In this document: in pieces, positions 1-9,364 of the stretch
Layout of the letters: each line of letters opens with the position of its first letter
Numbering within the stretch: the first letter of the stretch is position 1
The notes under the pieces: model-generated
Told to the model about the DNA's origin: nothing
Seen by the model: only the letters and a program-made list of their open reading frames with translations
Databases searched by the model: none
Translations under genes and position numbers: made by a program
Virus record (IMG/VR): IMGVR_UViG_3300005099_000288
Strand: one strand, 5' to 3'
DNA: 20,000 nt
Origin: an uncultured virus (IMG/VR IMGVR_UViG_3300005099_000288)
Taxonomy: Duplodnaviria > Heunggongvirae > Uroviricota > Caudoviricetes

Positions 1-1
1 T

Positions 2-169
2 AAAGCTTTGAGAGATTCAGGATTGATTGAGAAAAAAGGTCGTTCGTATGTTTTGACCAAAAATGGTCACAGAATTTTGTCTAAAATGGAAGATTTGAAG
101 GAAGATCTCGCTAGTACCGCAAAGAGAGCTCTCTACAGGAGGTTAGGGGAAGAAGAGTTTAAAAATTAA
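2..169 (+). CDS. 3' end of a winged helix-turn-helix protein (partial)
   Basis: Frame 2 reads KALRDSGLIEKKGRSYVLTKNGHRILSKMEDL...EFKN*. The L-x-x-x-GLIEK-x(3-4)-Y-x-LT-x-x-G pattern is typical of the wing of archaeal wHTH regulators. Confidence 0.7.
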   Translation, partial: KALRDSGLIEKKGRSYVLTKNGHRILSKMEDLKEDLASTAKRALYRRLGEEEFKN

Positions 170-187
170 AAGTAAAAATATGATTTG

Positions 188-1204
188 ATGGTTATAATAA
201 TTTGGAGAGGTCCAGGAAGAGGAACTGAAAGTGCAGTTGAATCCTTAATTACAGGACTTCGCAGGTATAATGTGGATTTTATGGATGTTTCGAGTGTAGC
301 AGATAAATTTTTCAAAGATCAGCCAGATAAAATATATAGACTCGAGAAATTCTCACCTGATCTTATACATACACATAGTATAAATTTTTGTATAAATGCT
401 CTGAAAAAGCCTCTCTACGTACCTACAGTATTGACTGTACATGGTTACATGTTCAGAATTCTAGAACCTAAAAAGAGAATTGCTGGTTTTATAAGAGATT
501 CCTTTTTTTCTGCAGATGCAATAATTGCACCTTCGATAGAATTGAAGAATCAAATAAAAAAAGAAGGATTTGACAACGTTTTTTATATTCCAAATATGAT
601 AGATCCTAATAAATTCACTCCTGAACTTGCAGAATATACCGGGATTTTAGAGGAGATCAGAAAAGATCTAAAGATATCAGAGAAAGACACAGTTGTCGCA
701 AGTGTTGGTAACATGCACTGGTATAAAGGAGTTGATACTTTTCTAGAAGCAGGGAAGATCTTACAGAAGAGTGTCGATAACTTAAAATTGTTGTGGATAG
801 GAAAGGACATGGGGTGGACAAGATTGAGTAAATTTTTAGAACCTGTTAAAGACATTTTTAAATTAGTTGAAATTAGGGATTATAATTTGATGCCTTTTGT
901 ATATCATTTGATAGATGTGTATTGTCATTTTTCAAGATGGGATGCTTGTAGTATGAGTTTTCTCGAGGCGATGTCTTCGGGTATTCCAGTTGTACATACT
1001 CCAGTTGGAGAACATTCTAGAGTAAATCTGTGCACGGGAAGAACCCCTGAAGAACTCGCTGAGTTAGTCCTTAAATGTATCGATAGAAAGAGCGTTTATG
1101 GTAGACTTTTTAGAGAAGAAGTTTTGAAGAGGTATTCGATAGATGCAGTAATGCCTCGAGTATTGAGACTTTATATGAATCTGATAGAAGATCCGTTCTA
1201 CTGA
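188..1204 (+). CDS. Glycosyltransferase family 4 (GT-B)
   Basis: Motifs PDLIHTH, VLTVHG, IPNMID, VGNMHWYKGVD and D/E-x7-E-like DACSMSFLEAMSSGIPVV. A TATA-like tttaaaaa lies about 25 nt upstream. Confidence 0.9.
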   Translation: MVIIIWRGPGRGTESAVESLITGLRRYNVDFMDVSSVADKFFKDQPDKIYRLEKFSPDLIHTHSINFCINALKKPLYVPTVLTVHGYMFRILEPKKRIAGFIRDSFFSADAIIAPSIELKNQIKKEGFDNVFYIPNMIDPNKFTPELAEYTGILEEIRKDLKISEKDTVVASVGNMHWYKGVDTFLEAGKILQKSVDNLKLLWIGKDMGWTRLSKFLEPVKDIFKLVEIRDYNLMPFVYHLIDVYCHFSRWDACSMSFLEAMSSGIPVVHTPVGEHSRVNLCTGRTPEELAELVLKCIDRKSVYGRLFREEVLKRYSIDAVMPRVLRLYMNLIEDPFY

Positions 1205-1213
1205 GGTGAGAAA

Positions 1214-2164
1214 ATGAAGAAAATGCGACTTGTTGGATGGTCAGACCCATATGGTAGTGGAGCAACAATAGTTTTAGAAGCACTGGCAGAGACATTATCC
1301 AAGTTTTTTGAAGTTGAAATAGTAACTGACGAAGATATGAAAAACCCTATGACCTACTTAAAATTTGATGGTGATGTGATATACACTTCAGATTATTTTA
1401 CACTTTCAAAAATTCCACCAAATCTTCTGAGAAAGAGAAAATACAAAATTGTTTTAGAATTCCGAGGATATTCTGTAGATAAGATAAAAAATCCGAATTG
1501 GGAAAATATCACAAAGAACGCGGATATCATTACAGCAGTAGATCCTACATTAGCAGAATGGGTCCGTAGTAATACAGGGATAAAGGATATTCCAATTCTG
1601 CCTCCTTCTTATAACAAGGATTTATTTAGATTTAAAGGGTTCGACAGGACTCCTTATAAAATAGCGCTTTTCGGAGAGAAAAATGAAACTCATTTACTTT
1701 ATCCATATTTGTATTCTCCTGTTAAAAAACCACAGAACTTCGTTGAAATCTGTAATAAACTTGGAGTGAAGGGAATAATGTTCCGATATCCTTTAATGTT
1801 AATGTCTAGTCCATTGAATATTTATCTCGTGGATTTCTTACCTCAATATCAAATGGTTAATTATTATTATGCATGTGATATTGTTTGTGCATATACTGAA
1901 ATTGAAGGTATGCCAAAGGCACCCTTAGAAGCAATGGCAACCGGAAGGCCCATTATAATGCATTTCGTCCCAGGATTACTCAGGGATTCCCCTGTAATAG
2001 CCGTTAAGGATATTGAAGAAGCGTGTGACAAAATAAAAGAATTACTGGAGGATGAAGATAAGTATAAATCTCAGGTTACGAAACAATTAGAGTTTGTATC
2101 TAAATGGTATTCATGGGAAGATAAAGCACGTCAAATTTATGAAATCATCGAAAGAGCTCAGTAA
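1214..2164 (+). CDS. Glycosyltransferase family 4 (GT-B)
   Basis: EGMPKAPLEAMATGRPII (E-x7-E), YYACDIV and C-terminal YSWEDKARQI. SD GAGGTGA precedes the ATG. Confidence 0.85.
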   Translation: MKKMRLVGWSDPYGSGATIVLEALAETLSKFFEVEIVTDEDMKNPMTYLKFDGDVIYTSDYFTLSKIPPNLLRKRKYKIVLEFRGYSVDKIKNPNWENITKNADIITAVDPTLAEWVRSNTGIKDIPILPPSYNKDLFRFKGFDRTPYKIALFGEKNETHLLYPYLYSPVKKPQNFVEICNKLGVKGIMFRYPLMLMSSPLNIYLVDFLPQYQMVNYYYACDIVCAYTEIEGMPKAPLEAMATGRPIIMHFVPGLLRDSPVIAVKDIEEACDKIKELLEDEDKYKSQVTKQLEFVSKWYSWEDKARQIYEIIERAQ

Positions 2165-2726
2165 AGTTGTTGATGGAATACCGGAAGTGGGATTCCCGAC
2201 AAAACAGAAGATTGAGTGGATTATTCGTAAATACTCTATCGCAGAAAAACTTTTACGGTGGTTTAAGAAAAAGGAAATTGTCGATATAGGGTGTGGGTAT
2301 GGTATAGGCACAAAATTTTTACATGATCAAGGATACAGTGTTGTCGGGGTCGATTACTGGAAACCTCTGGTAGAATACTGTCGTTCGAAGTATCCTAAGA
2401 TTCCTTTTATACATGCAAGAGCTGAAGAATTTGACATTTCTAAGTTTGACGGAATCGTTGCAATAGATGTTGTAGAACATTTCAAAGATCCTAAGGGCGT
2501 TTTAAAAAAATGGTATTCTGAAATGAAATCGGATTCTATATTAATTGTTAGGACACCACATCGTGAGATAAAAGAAGGTAGATCGAGGGATTATAACCCA
2601 CACCACCATTATGAATTAACTCCAGAAGAAGTGGTAGAATGTTTACCTGGAGTCGTTTTATATAAACCTGATGTCCCGCAGACTCCTCACGTTTTTTGGT
2701 TTTATCTATATAAAGGTCTTCGTTAG
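2139..2726 (+). CDS. Class I SAM-dependent methyltransferase
   Basis: Motif I VDIGCGYG, VVGVD, DVVEHF and LIVRTP...NPHHHYE, as in glycan-locus methyltransferases. Start uncertain (ORF is open from 2094). Confidence 0.88.
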   Translation: MKSSKELSKVVDGIPEVGFPTKQKIEWIIRKYSIAEKLLRWFKKKEIVDIGCGYGIGTKFLHDQGYSVVGVDYWKPLVEYCRSKYPKIPFIHARAEEFDISKFDGIVAIDVVEHFKDPKGVLKKWYSEMKSDSILIVRTPHREIKEGRSRDYNPHHHYELTPEEVVECLPGVVLYKPDVPQTPHVFWFYLYKGLR

Positions 2727-2769
2727 ATGGGGCAAAATTTAAATCCAACTATGCAAAGAAAGACTGAAG

Positions 2770-2934
2770 ATGACTGATACTAATCCAAGAGGCCTACCAC
2801 GTCCTCATGATGGTAGAGGCAGAGGAATCGGAATGCCAGGAGGTCGACGTGCTGGCAGAAATACAAGACCATGTCCTTCTGGAGGACCTGGTTACGGCAG
2901 AGGAGGAGGACGTGGTAGAGGTAGAAACAGGTAG
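2770..2934 (+). CDS. Arg/Gly-rich basic microprotein (54 aa)
   Basis: MTDTNPRGLPRPHDGRGRGIGMPGGRRAGRNTRPCPSGGPGYGRGGGRGRGRNR*. TATA tttaaat at ~2738 precedes a leaderless ATG, and the stop abuts the next gene. Not in the ORF track. Confidence 0.75.
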   Translation: MTDTNPRGLPRPHDGRGRGIGMPGGRRAGRNTRPCPSGGPGYGRGGGRGRGRNR

Positions 2935-3126
2935 GTGATAGCAGTGGATAATAAGGGGTTAGGGATTTTACTATTATTAGGAGTCGGAGCAGCAGTGATT
3001 TATTACATTTTGACCTCAGAAGAAAAACCTACTGTGAGATTTTTTGAAGGTCGTTTCCCACCACTAAGTGAACAACAGTTTCTCAGAAAACCCTTAAGAG
3101 GTTATGAGTATTTAGTAACTCCATGA
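2935..3126 (+). CDS. Small membrane-anchored protein
   Basis: N-terminal hydrophobic segment GLGILLLLGVGAAVIYYIL; tightly packed between neighbours. Confidence 0.7.
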   Translation: MIAVDNKGLGILLLLGVGAAVIYYILTSEEKPTVRFFEGRFPPLSEQQFLRKPLRGYEYLVTP

Positions 3127-3136
3127 GGTGACTATC

Positions 3137-4267
3137 ATGGCAGTTAGTGTTGGCCAGTTTGAAATGATACCTGGAGTAAAGTATCCAGTGACGATAGCTC
3201 AGATTAAAGAGATAATAAAAACACTGTACAGGAGTGGTCCCGAGAAAGCTCCAGCGATCTTTATATGGGGAAAAATGGGGGTCGGGAAGAGTAGTAGTGT
3301 TAGACAGTGTGCGCATGAACTAGGGATTGAATTCATAGATCTTCGTCTGTCTCAGTTAGATCCTACGGATTTAAGAGGCCTTCCTTCTATAGCAACAGGA
3401 GAAGTTAAGTGGGTCCCTCCTTCGTTTCTTCCTAGGTTCGGCAAGGGAATACTTTTCCTAGATGAATTAAATTTAGCTCCACCTGCAGTACAGGCAGCAG
3501 GATATGAATTACTTCTTGATAGAAGAGTAGGCGAATATGAACTTCCTGAGGGCTGGATGATTGTAGCAGCAGGGAACCAAGAAGAGCTCTCCCCGTATAT
3601 TTATGAAATGGCTCCACCACTAGCTAACAGAATGGTGCATTTAGTTGTAAAGTTAGATCTAGATATATGGAAAGAGTGGGCATATCGTGCTGGTATAGAC
3701 ACTAGCATTATTGCATTTTTGACAAAAAATCCACAATACTTATTTTACTATGATCCCACAAAACCTGTGAAGGCGTATCCAACACCAAGATCGTGGGAGT
3801 TCGTATCACGAATATTAGGATCTGGGTTAGTTGGAGCTGAACTTGAAGCAGCAGTTTTCGGAACAATTGGTCAAGCAGTAGGTATAGAGTTCTTGACTTT
3901 CAGGAGACTACAAGAAGAAATGCCAGATCCGTTAAAGGTAATAAGAGGAGAAGAAAAACCTATAATTACTGGAAAACCTGATGTGATGTATTTATTAATA
4001 ACTTCGTGCGTAGCATGGATACCCAGATTACCTCCTGAAATTTCGGTACAAAAAGCTGTCGATAATCTTATAGACTATGCAAACTATTTATATAAATATG
4101 GGAAAGAGCAAGGTAGAACAGAATTCGTTGCTACATCTGTAGTTCTAATTAGAGACATGGTAGATGCAGGATTTGATGACTATCTAATAAAATCAGAAAA
4201 GATGGAAGAATGCGTCGAGACGGGTCCTTGTTCAGAGACTTTGAAAACTTTCAAGAAAGTCGGTTAA
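3137..4267 (+). CDS. MoxR-family AAA+ ATPase
   Basis: Walker A GKMGVGKS, Walker B ILFLDELN, AAGN, LANR and TPRSWE. SD GAGGTGA before ATG 3137 (ORF track starts at 3128). Confidence 0.92.
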   Translation: MAVSVGQFEMIPGVKYPVTIAQIKEIIKTLYRSGPEKAPAIFIWGKMGVGKSSSVRQCAHELGIEFIDLRLSQLDPTDLRGLPSIATGEVKWVPPSFLPRFGKGILFLDELNLAPPAVQAAGYELLLDRRVGEYELPEGWMIVAAGNQEELSPYIYEMAPPLANRMVHLVVKLDLDIWKEWAYRAGIDTSIIAFLTKNPQYLFYYDPTKPVKAYPTPRSWEFVSRILGSGLVGAELEAAVFGTIGQAVGIEFLTFRRLQEEMPDPLKVIRGEEKPIITGKPDVMYLLITSCVAWIPRLPPEISVQKAVDNLIDYANYLYKYGKEQGRTEFVATSVVLIRDMVDAGFDDYLIKSEKMEECVETGPCSETLKTFKKVG

Positions 4268-4650
4268 AAATTTCTATTACAGAGGAAGAATGGAATAGAA
4301 TTACAGAAGAGTTTTACAAAAGATTAAAATTTCCTTTGAGAATAAAACTAGAATGTCAGCTGGAATTTGACCCAAAATACGTTGTATCCTTGGGATTTTC
4401 GCCAGAGCCCTATTTATACATAAACACAATTAGCAGAGTCTATGTAAATATAAACAAGGACGGATCTATTTATTTTTATAGAGAAACAGGAAAAAAGACA
4501 AGGCTTTTGGATCCACTAGAATTCTACTTTTTGCAAGGAATTTTAGAGGAGAAACTATATGAATTTCTAAAAGAATATATAGCAACATCCAGTAAATATC
4601 TCAAAAGAATATTAAAAGAATATTTTGTGAGGAGGCTAAAAAATGAGTGA
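4210..4650 (+). CDS. Hypothetical protein between the MoxR and VWA genes
   Basis: 146-aa ORF with native composition that overlaps the VWA gene start. True start uncertain. Confidence 0.65.
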   Translation: MRRDGSLFRDFENFQESRLKISITEEEWNRITEEFYKRLKFPLRIKLECQLEFDPKYVVSLGFSPEPYLYINTISRVYVNINKDGSIYFYRETGKKTRLLDPLEFYFLQGILEEKLYEFLKEYIATSSKYLKRILKEYFVRRLKNE

Positions 4651-5848
4651 AGACTACAAGGAAAAATTTATAACAGCATTGACACAACTTACATTTGCAC
4701 ACCCTTTTTTTGCAACAATCTCTATGTATTTGAATCCCATCTACAGTAAATTTGTCCCTACAGCAGGCGTAAACGTCGTAACTCTTGATTTATTGATAAA
4801 TCCGGAACTTATTAGGAAACATTCTTTGCAGGAATTACAGTTTATTTTAGCTCATGAAGTAATGCACGTTGTTTTGGCAGATGAACGCAGAAGACTCGGC
4901 AGAAATCCTGAATTGTGGAATGTTGCAATGGATTATGAAATTAATTGTATTCTCACCGAAGCAGGGATAGGCGAGAGACCGAACTGGGTCCTTTATGATA
5001 ATTCTTTCTGTGGAAAATCTGCAGAAGAAATTTATGAAATTCTAAAAAGGGAAACTCCCGTGATTAAAGTCATCCAACCTACAAAAATACCTCGTGCCCC
5101 GAAAGGAGGACTTCCAGGAGGGGCTGTTTATGAAACTCCAACAGGGATGACAGATGTACACGTAGACATAGAGGATCTCGAGAAAGAATATGGAAAAAGT
5201 AAGGTAGATGATGCAATAAGGCGAAATACGGGGATTACCGTTAGAGCCGAACAAATGGCAAGAGCTGCAGGTTTATTGCCACTAGGAATACAGAGGATCA
5301 TCGAATCTATGTTTGCTCCGAAAATTCCATGGCAAACTCTTTTGAAGAAATATGTTAAATCATTCGCAGGTCGAGGAGATTATAGGTGGGTACCTCCATC
5401 TAGAAGATATCCTTCAATTGGAATTTATTTACCCGGAACGAGATCAGAGTACATAGAACTTGCAGTGGCTATAGACTCTTCTGGATCTGTGTCAGATAAA
5501 GAGATGTCTGAATTTGTTGCAATAGTCGAAGATTTAATGAAAGAACTCAGAGATTTTACAATTCATTTAATTATCTGTGACGCTAAAGTACATTCGTATC
5601 AGAAACTTACAAGAGGTTCAAGTATTGACAAGTCAAAGATAAAAGGATACGGAGGAACTAATTTTATGCCAGCTTTTAATTTTGTTAAGGATCGTGGAAT
5701 AAGGCCAGATTTGTTTATTTATCTCACAGATGGATTTCCAAATAAATGGCCAGAAGAGCTTCCTTCATATCCTGTGATATGGGTAATTAATAATAATCGT
5801 GCTAAAGTTCCTTGGGGACATGTAATAAGGCTTACTGAATTTAGGTGA
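4643..5848 (+). CDS. DUF2201-type zincin-like metallopeptidase + VWA domain protein
   Basis: HExxH (AHEVMHVV), WNVAMDYEIN, WxxPSRR, MIDAS DSSGS, GYGGTNF, YLTDG and PVIW. Confidence 0.9.
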   Translation: MSEDYKEKFITALTQLTFAHPFFATISMYLNPIYSKFVPTAGVNVVTLDLLINPELIRKHSLQELQFILAHEVMHVVLADERRRLGRNPELWNVAMDYEINCILTEAGIGERPNWVLYDNSFCGKSAEEIYEILKRETPVIKVIQPTKIPRAPKGGLPGGAVYETPTGMTDVHVDIEDLEKEYGKSKVDDAIRRNTGITVRAEQMARAAGLLPLGIQRIIESMFAPKIPWQTLLKKYVKSFAGRGDYRWVPPSRRYPSIGIYLPGTRSEYIELAVAIDSSGSVSDKEMSEFVAIVEDLMKELRDFTIHLIICDAKVHSYQKLTRGSSIDKSKIKGYGGTNFMPAFNFVKDRGIRPDLFIYLTDGFPNKWPEELPSYPVIWVINNNRAKVPWGHVIRLTEFR

Positions 5849-5853
5849 AAAAA

Positions 5854-6462
5854 ATGAATGAACTCTACTGGGTTCTATTCAAAGGTCGCAGCATTTATTT
5901 TGTTGATACTAGAAATACTGTATACGGGTTAGCTGATGATATTGCGAATTTTTTGGTGAAATACGAACTTTACAAAGGAAGCGTATATGGATTTGCATTC
6001 AAAGAAAAAAGTACAATGAAAAAATTATGTTTCTTCATTTCGATGTGTAAGGATCCTGAGGGAGAATTTCACGCTCAATTTTTTAGTCTTACTGGAGAAG
6101 AATCTGTGTTTAGGAAATTCGGACCTGGTAGTGTTATCGAAAGGGTGTTTAGAGAAAATTTTGTTGTTAGATCCTCTTTTGATTTGGGCATTAGAAATGG
6201 AGGAAGTTATATGCTTGTGATGATAGATTTCAGGAACGATATTTTGTTGTCTTATAATTATTGTGGAGAGCAAAAACTTCCTTCAGATGCTACTCATATT
6301 GTTGGAGGAAAATGTAATAGTTTCATGGTTTATACACCTTCAGGAGCAGAGGTACCTGATTTTAGTTCTGAAAGTAATCCCGAAATAAGAGATTGGATAT
6401 ACTTAGGAATCGAAGAATTATACAAGAAATTGTCAGAAAAGTTAGGGATCCCAGAACGGTGA
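5854..6462 (+). CDS. Hypothetical protein, paralog family A (pair with 6467-7096)
   Basis: Shares W(V/I)LFKGR, DTR-x-TV-x-GLA, GFAFK, FGPGSV, YCG(E/D)QK and C-terminal LSE-x-(L/M)GIP with the next ORF. Confidence 0.8.
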   Translation: MNELYWVLFKGRSIYFVDTRNTVYGLADDIANFLVKYELYKGSVYGFAFKEKSTMKKLCFFISMCKDPEGEFHAQFFSLTGEESVFRKFGPGSVIERVFRENFVVRSSFDLGIRNGGSYMLVMIDFRNDILLSYNYCGEQKLPSDATHIVGGKCNSFMVYTPSGAEVPDFSSESNPEIRDWIYLGIEELYKKLSEKLGIPER

Positions 6463-6466
6463 GAAA

Positions 6467-7096
6467 ATGAGCAGATTACACTGGATTTTATTTAAGGGTA
6501 GGAATGTTTATTTTATTGATACTCGAGATACAGTATTTGGATTGGCCGAAGATGCTGCTAATTTCTTGACAAAGTATGAGATTTATAGAGGTCTTCGCGA
6601 AGAGGAAGAAGGCGTGACAGGATTTGCATTTAAAAAAGGAGATACTTTGAAAAAATTATATTTTGTTGTATCGATGTATAGAGATCCAGAATCAGAATTT
6701 TATATTCAATCCCATAAACTAACAGGGGAAGAACTCGCCCCTTCTAGATTTGGTCCTGGAAGTGTTGTAGAACAAATATTCAAAGAGGATTTTGTTTTAG
6801 ATTCTTTTTTCGTTCCAGGAATTACAGATAAGAAATTTCTCTTGATGACAACTATTACTTTTAGGAATCAAATCACAATGGTATATTATTATTGCGGAGA
6901 TCAAAAAATAGATCCAAGAGAAGTACAACATTTTACTGGGATAAGGTGCCATGAATTCTTGACCTATAGACCTACTGGTGAAAGGGAAAAAATGTTAAGC
7001 TCTACAAGTACTCCAGGTTTAAGAGAATGGATATATTCAAGTGTTCACGATTTATATAAAACTTTATCAGAACTTATGGGTATTCCAGTGGTTTGA
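6467..7096 (+). CDS. Hypothetical protein, paralog family A (pair with 5854-6462)
   Basis: End-to-end similarity to the preceding ORF; GGTGA SD overlaps the upstream stop. Confidence 0.8.
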   Translation: MSRLHWILFKGRNVYFIDTRDTVFGLAEDAANFLTKYEIYRGLREEEEGVTGFAFKKGDTLKKLYFVVSMYRDPESEFYIQSHKLTGEELAPSRFGPGSVVEQIFKEDFVLDSFFVPGITDKKFLLMTTITFRNQITMVYYYCGDQKIDPREVQHFTGIRCHEFLTYRPTGEREKMLSSTSTPGLREWIYSSVHDLYKTLSELMGIPVV

Positions 7097-7113
7097 AGAA
7101 AATATTTAAAATA
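7095..7113 (+). promoter_or_regulatory. Archaeal BRE-TATA promoter for the leaderless 7139 gene
   Basis: gaagaaaata-tttaaaata about 27 nt upstream of ATG 7139. Confidence 0.55.
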
Positions 7114-7138
7114 CAGGATCAAATTTTTAAATGATATC

Positions 7139-7645
7139 ATGGAGTATATTGTAATTTATTCAATTCCACAAATGCGTTTATTCGAAAAGCGAAAAATCTC
7201 AGGAGATTTTGTTTCATTACTCAAGTGGTTCTATCAGAGTTTTCCGAAATCGTATAATAGAGCTGCTTTGGTTTACGATGAGGAGGCGAAAACTTTATAC
7301 GAAAAGTACGTATTTTTAAAAATTTTAAGGGGCGATATTACTAACGTTCCAGGAGAGACATATCTCGAGATGATGTATTTTTCTGATACAACCCGTGCAC
7401 AAAAATTAGAAGGACCTATATGTCAGGGACTTTTATTTGTTTTTTACTACAGTGTTAGATATAAACCTACTGTTAGAATCAGATGTGTGATAGATCCCGA
7501 AAAGAGTATCATTCTTCTTTATAAACCTGCAAGGGGAGAGTATTTGACGTTGAGACATCGTCCTAAAATACGTTTAAGCTTCGAAGAATTGAGAGGATTA
7601 TCACGACCTGAAGAGATAGCAAGGTATTTAAATATGTTAGTTTAA
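7139..7645 (+). CDS. Hypothetical protein, distant member of paralog family B
   Basis: ISGDFVSLLKWF, YEKYVFLKILRGD and RGLSRPEEIARYL match VEGDLYDLFKYL, FEKFVFVKGLRTD and RGIYTPEELAKVL of 13374-13997. Confidence 0.75.
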   Translation: MEYIVIYSIPQMRLFEKRKISGDFVSLLKWFYQSFPKSYNRAALVYDEEAKTLYEKYVFLKILRGDITNVPGETYLEMMYFSDTTRAQKLEGPICQGLLFVFYYSVRYKPTVRIRCVIDPEKSIILLYKPARGEYLTLRHRPKIRLSFEELRGLSRPEEIARYLNMLV

Positions 7646-7654
7646 GTAATAAAT

Positions 7655-7768
7655 ATGCGAGTCCTGAGAACTTTAGCGTTATTCACTTTATTAGGAGGAC
7701 TTAGTTTCGTATCCTGGAATCTACTTTCAATGATACGAGAAGAACTCACGGCGTCTTTGGAGACTTAG
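7655..7768 (+). CDS. Small membrane peptide (37 aa)
   Basis: MRVLRTLALFTLLGGLSFVSWNLLSMIREELTASLET*; fills an intergenic gap. Confidence 0.5.
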   Translation: MRVLRTLALFTLLGGLSFVSWNLLSMIREELTASLET

Positions 7769-7808
7769 GGAGAAATTTTAATTTTTTATTCGGTCCTTAT
7801 TTTTTATA

Positions 7809-7979
7809 ATGGCAGATAATAGAATATATCGGGAATTTGCGGATTCGACAGCTTTTAAGAATTTTTACATAAATACGAGAATCTATGGAACGGGGACTCT
7901 GTCAATACAGCTGATTACACAAAGGCCCTTTAAGAAACAAATAGCAATTTTTAAAATTCCTTGTTGGGAGGTCTTGTGA
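7809..7979 (+). CDS. Hypothetical microprotein (56 aa)
   Basis: MADNRIYREFADSTAFKNFYINTRIYGTG...WEVL*. Upstream TATA-like tract; TGATG overlap with the next gene. Confidence 0.55.
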   Translation: MADNRIYREFADSTAFKNFYINTRIYGTGTLSIQLITQRPFKKQIAIFKIPCWEVL

Positions 7980-8560
7980 TGATTCTCAGAAGTGTAGACA
8001 AATTGTTGAATCTTTTGGGATATTATAAAATAAGGTGGGTACCATATTTGTCAGAGGAAATATTCCACCATTTTATTAGATGTAAGTATATGGGGTATTG
8101 GAAAGGAATATACAACAAAGACGGAAAATTAATAGACGAATCCTGCGGTTATGGATCTTTTTATCCTCGAGAATTGTGGGAATATTATATAGAGTGTAAT
8201 CCACTGCGTGCGAAAGAAGTTGACACCATACAAATAAAATATTTCATCCAGGCAATATGTGTTACCGATAAAGCTCTACACACCCTAATCTATGAGGCAA
8301 ACGTTACTGAGAAAAAGAAATGGTGGACATATGGCCAACCGATAGATTTTGATAGATTGGAGGATCCAAGATGGGCTGTGGTTGTTCCATTTAAGAAAAA
8401 AGACAGGATTATTCGATGGCTCGCTAGGGATAATGTATATCCAGGCTATAACATTCACTGTCACAACAGGAGATTTCCGATTTTCTCACCAGACATGAGC
8501 GGAACTCAATATTTCGTGAAGGAACATTCTTTTGAGGTTGTAAGAAGTGAGAGTCTGTGA
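7979..8560 (+). CDS. Hypothetical protein
   Basis: Long aromatic-rich ORF with SD GGAGG upstream; no recognisable motif. Confidence 0.7.
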   Translation: MILRSVDKLLNLLGYYKIRWVPYLSEEIFHHFIRCKYMGYWKGIYNKDGKLIDESCGYGSFYPRELWEYYIECNPLRAKEVDTIQIKYFIQAICVTDKALHTLIYEANVTEKKKWWTYGQPIDFDRLEDPRWAVVVPFKKKDRIIRWLARDNVYPGYNIHCHNRRFPIFSPDMSGTQYFVKEHSFEVVRSESL

Positions 8561-8684
8561 TATTTGTCCTATTAGAGAGGCATGTGAAAAGTATTTTTGG
8601 ACATGTGAATTATCTGCTGGAATGGTGAGAGAATCGGAAATAAAATTAGGAGGGCTAGAAAATGAGAACCAAAAAGTTAGTTGA
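8547..8684 (+). CDS. Cys-rich microprotein (45 aa)
   Basis: GTG start after GAGG: MRVCDICPIREACEKYFWTCELSAG...; overlaps both neighbours. Confidence 0.55.
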   Translation: MRVCDICPIREACEKYFWTCELSAGMVRESEIKLGGLENENQKVS

Positions 8685-8949
8685 AAAGGAAGTAGTAATA
8701 TGTGACTTCTGCGGGAAAGAAACGGAGTGGGCTTCTGCAAAATGCCTAATATGTGGAAAAGAAGCGTGTGACGAGTGTAGGGTACAGCATTTTCCCTATA
8801 TTGTGTCGGTGTGGAGAAGAAAAGAGCAAGCGTGGAGTGAAGATTCTTATATCTGTGATCAGTGTGCAAAACGAAAAGTAACAGGCACGTGGTCAGATCT
8901 CCTTGATAATCTGTATCATAAGGGAGAATTTGGCGAAAACCTTGAATAA
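8662..8949 (+). CDS. Multi-CxxC zinc-finger protein
   Basis: CDFC, CLIC, CDEC and CDQC; SD GGAGG. Confidence 0.75.
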   Translation: MRTKKLVEKEVVICDFCGKETEWASAKCLICGKEACDECRVQHFPYIVSVWRRKEQAWSEDSYICDQCAKRKVTGTWSDLLDNLYHKGEFGENLE

Positions 8950-9276
8950 ATGACAATGAAAGGAGGTGGTTTAGTGGAGGTTGCCGGTAACTTAAACAAG
9001 TTGGTAGAACATGCGAGAAAAACTTCTCCGTATTTCTACGATGAAGAAAAGAATACCCTAAATATATGGTTCGATCCTTTCTATAAATTGCCTAAAGACG
9101 TTAAAAGGAAAATTAACAAACCGATAAAAGTTAAACGTATTATCAAAGAAAAGGAAGAATTTTACTGTGATAAAAAAATTAGAGTGTATATACTTGACAC
9201 GGAAGAAGGAAAATTTGAGTGTGCACTCGGAGCTTGTTATAGAGTTAAGGAGTCACGTCATGAATGTGACAAGTGA
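8950..9276 (+). CDS. Hypothetical protein
   Basis: ORF in operon; likely start GTG 8974 after AGGAGGTG. Confidence 0.65.
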   Translation: MTMKGGGLVEVAGNLNKLVEHARKTSPYFYDEEKNTLNIWFDPFYKLPKDVKRKINKPIKVKRIIKEKEEFYCDKKIRVYILDTEEGKFECALGACYRVKESRHECDK

Positions 9277-9364
9277 AACTTTCGATGCAGTATTGGGCAT
9301 ATTAATTGCATTTACACTAGGATATATACTCAGCGGGTATATCTTGTGGATTTTGAGGAGGTGA
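9260..9364 (+). CDS. Small membrane peptide
   Basis: MNVTSETFDAVLGILIAFTLGYILSGYILWILRR*; AGGAG SD. Confidence 0.55.
   Translation: MNVTSETFDAVLGILIAFTLGYILSGYILWILRR

Noticed and set aside
4200..4275. Programmed frameshift joining MoxR to the 4210 ORF
   Set aside because: There is a long overlap with a weak start, but no canonical slippery heptamer or stimulatory structure.
8486..8956. 156-aa minus-strand ORF and the other short antisense ORFs in the track
   Set aside because: They overlap better-supported + strand genes and lack SD signals or motifs.
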